A DNA stretch of 64,000 nt, taken from positions 1,205,430 to 1,269,429 of the forward strand of contig NW_003314313.1 of NCBI RefSeq assembly GCF_000143415.4, written 5' to 3'. A program made the translations under genes and the position numbers. This DNA comes from Selaginella moellendorffii (lineage: Eukaryota > Plantae > Lycopodiophyta). Positions 60,901 to 64,000 of the stretch are shown here, piece after piece. The notes beneath the pieces were generated by a model. That model made no database searches and was not told the origin of the DNA. It saw only the letters and a list, made by a program, of their open reading frames with translations. Numbering within the stretch: the first letter of the stretch is position 1; every line of letters starts with the position of its first letter.

Positions 60901-63900
60901 AGGAAAGGTGTGAAGCCAAAGGCAAGTAGTGTTGGGATGGAACTGAACCATAGAAATCAAAGGGCATATCCAACAGTGGTTATGAAAGTTGGGAGTGGAG
61001 AATCAAGAGGGTGCTCGAGGATGTTGTTGCTAGCAACCGTGATGCTATGGAGAGTCTAAAATATGGAATTGTCCATGTTAGACTATATGGCAACTATAAA
61101 GCTTGCGAAAGGGGAGGCCTTAGCAAGCTGAGGGACAGAGTCCCTTCAAAGTTCCCAAAGACGATTCTAGGTGGCGTAGTACCTAGAAAGGCCAAGTGTA
61201 AATGGTTCATGGAACGCGCGAAATTAGAGTGGCGCAGCAGAAGCGTGGTCTTGAAGCTTGCCATGAGGCAAGGTTATCAAGGTTAGGGGAGTAGTTCCCG
61301 AGTGTTCAAAGAGAGGGCTTTGAACGAAAGTCGATGGTCAAGGACTTTCACGCTTACGCAGGAACCATGTTACAATGGTCGGAGGACTTGCCAAGTGAGA
61401 TTGGCACGTCGGGGGAACAAAGACCCTAGTTGAAGGTGATATCTTCAAAAAGGGTGGGCCGGGGGGCCGAGCATGGAGGAGTCCATGCATGATCATAGAC
61501 ATGTCAAGTGAGAGGACTTGGCAGTGTGGAGGAACTAGGTTCCTAAGCTGTGATCTGTAGCGCGCTTTAAAAATAGGTTGGTGCACCGGCGTGGGGAGTC
61601 ACGCTAGGCATCTAGTGTGATGCCGTCCGTAGATGCATATACGGAGGTTGGGTTCGAGTCCCGACCCTCTAGTGCTTGGGTTCGAGTCCCAAATCACTAG
61701 GGCGTGGTGATGGTTTGGAATATGAGGACACTCATATTTCGGTGGTCATGGACTCTCAGTGGGGAGACTGGTTTGGGCACACCGCCAAGCGAGGGATGCC
61801 TCGGAGTCGTGATGCACGGTTAGATTGCTTAGTGTGAAAGCTCAGCATATCTAACTTGAACACTTTGGTGCAAGTGGCACCAAGGTCGTGGTGAGTGAGA
61901 TGGGGACACCTAATCTCAGTTGCTATGAACCCTTGGCCGTAAGGGCTAGCTTGGGTGCACCGCCAAGTGTGGGGGATGCCCCCGGGGTTATAGTCAACAA
62001 CTTGGAGGTCTGGAAGACCAAGTACCTCTTGGCAACTCTGTTAAGGTGCCAAGGTGAGATCACTAGGTGATCTTATGGCCAGATAAGGACGAGGTCCTTG
62101 GTTGGCTAAGGAATGAAGTTCCTGGTTCAAAATGTTGAAATTGAACTGTTTAAGGTGGTATGGCTTGGTCGTGATAACCAAGTGGGAAGAGCACCTAAGG
62201 GAAATAAACTATGTCCGTGCGATGGCATAGTGAGTCCGAGGAAAGTAGTCTCTATAAAAGACCCATGGGAGGGTCACGAAGTTGGGCCGTGGATAGAGCC
62301 CATAGCAGAAGATGCTAAAGAGACGTACTAGGGGTGAACATCCTCCGGACTTGGCAAAGAAGAGTCTTTGCTATGGAACAGAAACAATACCTCAAGGAGG
62401 GAGGTAGAGATTCGATGTTGCTTGGTGCAACGATCAACGGATAGGAGCAAAAGATGAGTGGCCAAGATAGGGCCGTGGAATCCATTGGAAGGAATCCAAG
62501 TGACAAAGTTAGGCGAGGAACACTAATGTGTTGGACGCTAACGAGTTGCAGGAAAGGAAGTGTGTTTCCAAGGAGGGATTCCGAAATGCTCCGATTTGGC
62601 AAAAGTGGAAGCTCCAAGGGAGGGAGCGGTAAGGTAGCCAAATGATAGGGCCATGAACAGCCCTAGCACAAAGCATGATAACTGGAACTTTGGCACGAAA
62701 TAGAAGAGAGGATGATGGTGCCCTCGAGTAGAGAACTTCCTAGGATGGGAAGTGGAGTTGCACAAAAGGTGCAAGGCAAGGTGTCGGAGACACCTAGGAA
62801 ATCGACTCCAAGAAGTCAAAATTCAAAGTTCCAAAGTGCAAAGGTTATATCGATGGAAATTGAGACTACTCGAGAAGGAGTAGTGGGATTGACTTAGAGA
62901 AGGGTCTCTAAGAGGTTTAGCGAGAACTAAACCAATAAAACGAGAGAACCACTATATGTGGTCCAATCAGTCTCTAAGTTGGAAAGACTACCCTCCTTAG
63001 AGGATATGCAAAAGGCATGGTGAGCCTTCAATGTCCAACCATTGACGAATATGGAGAAGGCATGGTGAGCCTTCAATGTCACACCATTGACAAATATTGG
63101 CTACGCGCCAAGGATGGAAATGGTAACACATGCGGGTGTTACTTTATAAAATGGTTCACCGTTCGATGAGGACATCGAACTTCGTCTATGGGTGGTGGAG
63201 TTGTGAGACACAAAATCTCTAGGCCCCAAAGTGGAGCTGGAAGGGCGCCACATGGTAGTGGCCGAAGCGAGAGCCAAACGAGCGTAACACGTTTGGACCA
63301 AAAGCTCCGACTTGAAAAGTCAAGAGCGGGAGTGGAACTCCCAACGAAGTGCTCGAGGAACGAGCACGAAGCGAACAAAAGGCGAGGCTCCAAAAAGGGA
63401 CCCAAAAGGACCCGAAATGGAGTCCGAGATGGAGTCCGAGATGGACCCGAGATGGACCCGAGATGGAGTCCGAGATGGAGTCCGAGATGGAGTCCGAGAT
63501 GGACCCGAGATGGAGTCCGAGTTGGAGTCCGAAGTGGAGTCCGAGATGGAGTCCGAGATGGAGTCCGAGATGGAGTCCGAGTTGGAGTCTGAGGTGGACC
63601 TGAGATGGACCCGAGTTGGAGTCCGAAGTGGAGTCCGAGATGGACCCAAGATGGAGTCCGAGATGGAGTCCGAGGTGGACCCGAGATGGACCCGAAATGG
63701 AGTCCGAGATGGAGTCCGAGATGGACCCGAGATGGAGTCCGAGATGGAGTCCGAGATGGAGTCCGAGATGGACCCGAGATGGAGTCCGAGATGGAGTCCA
63801 AGGTGGACCCGAGATAGACCCGAAATGGAGTCCGAGATGGACCCGAGATGGAGTCCGAGATGGACCCGAGATGGACCCGAGATGGAGTCCGAGATGGAGT

Positions 63901-63959
63901 CCGAGATGGAGTCCGAGATGGAGTCCGAGATGCAGTCCGAAGTCGAGACCGAGACCGGA

Positions 63960-63990
<31 letters not shown>

Positions 63991-64000
63991 TCGGGACCGA
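57158..64000 (+). mobile_element. LARD-B copy 3: 5' LTR 57158-59117, PBS 59121-59133, 4.1-kb non-coding internal region, PPT ~63188-63201, 3' LTR from 63202
   Basis: TG...CA LTR; TGGTATCGGAGCC; ATGGGTGGTGGAGT; near-identical LTR starts; no long ORF. Confidence 0.93.
61640..61692 (+). promoter_or_regulatory. Tandem pair of tRNA T-arm/B-box-like hairpins GGGTTCGAGTCCC (also ~18480-18532, 22690-22750 and 24806-24870 on -)
   Basis: Matches the B-box consensus GGTTCGANTCC twice; the block is shared by LARD-B and the chromovirus 3' UTR. Confidence 0.55.

Noticed and set aside
61640-61692. tRNA gene
   Set aside because: Only T-arm-like hairpins; no acceptor, D or anticodon stems found.
59134-63187. 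Small ORFs conserved between LARD-B copies (e.g. 62454-62645 vs 19291-19482)
   Set aside because: Short, with no recognisable motifs; similarity is explained by recent common descent.

Overview
This is an almost entirely transposon-derived, deeply nested plant region (TTTAGGG telomere motifs, tRNA-iMet PBSs). The 40-60 nt introns suggest a small-intron, non-seed plant such as a lycophyte, but that is inference. No ordinary host gene is visible. Contents: (i) three copies of a Ty3/Gypsy chromovirus, two showing an integrase split by two tiny GT-AG introns; (ii) one of these is bounded by near-identical 194-bp LTRs carrying a 5S-rRNA-derived segment (Cassandra-type) plus a 5-bp TSD, i.e. a gag-pol-encoding element with Cassandra LTRs; (iii) a non-coding LARD-like LTR family 'B' (3 copies plus a solo LTR), inserted twice independently into the same 47-nt integrase intron; (iv) a degenerate L1-type LINE interrupted by a Penelope-like element carrying a hammerhead ribozyme; (v) a 13.4-kb Sola-like DNA transposon (24-bp TIR, 4-bp TSD) nested in inverted orientation inside a copy of itself, plus a truncated third copy. 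It carries a large multi-exon cargo gene (ParB-like, methyltransferase-like and FCP1-phosphatase-like parts) and over 20 copies of a 22-bp palindrome. Coordinates and alignments were read by eye; domain calls rest on motif recognition, not searches.
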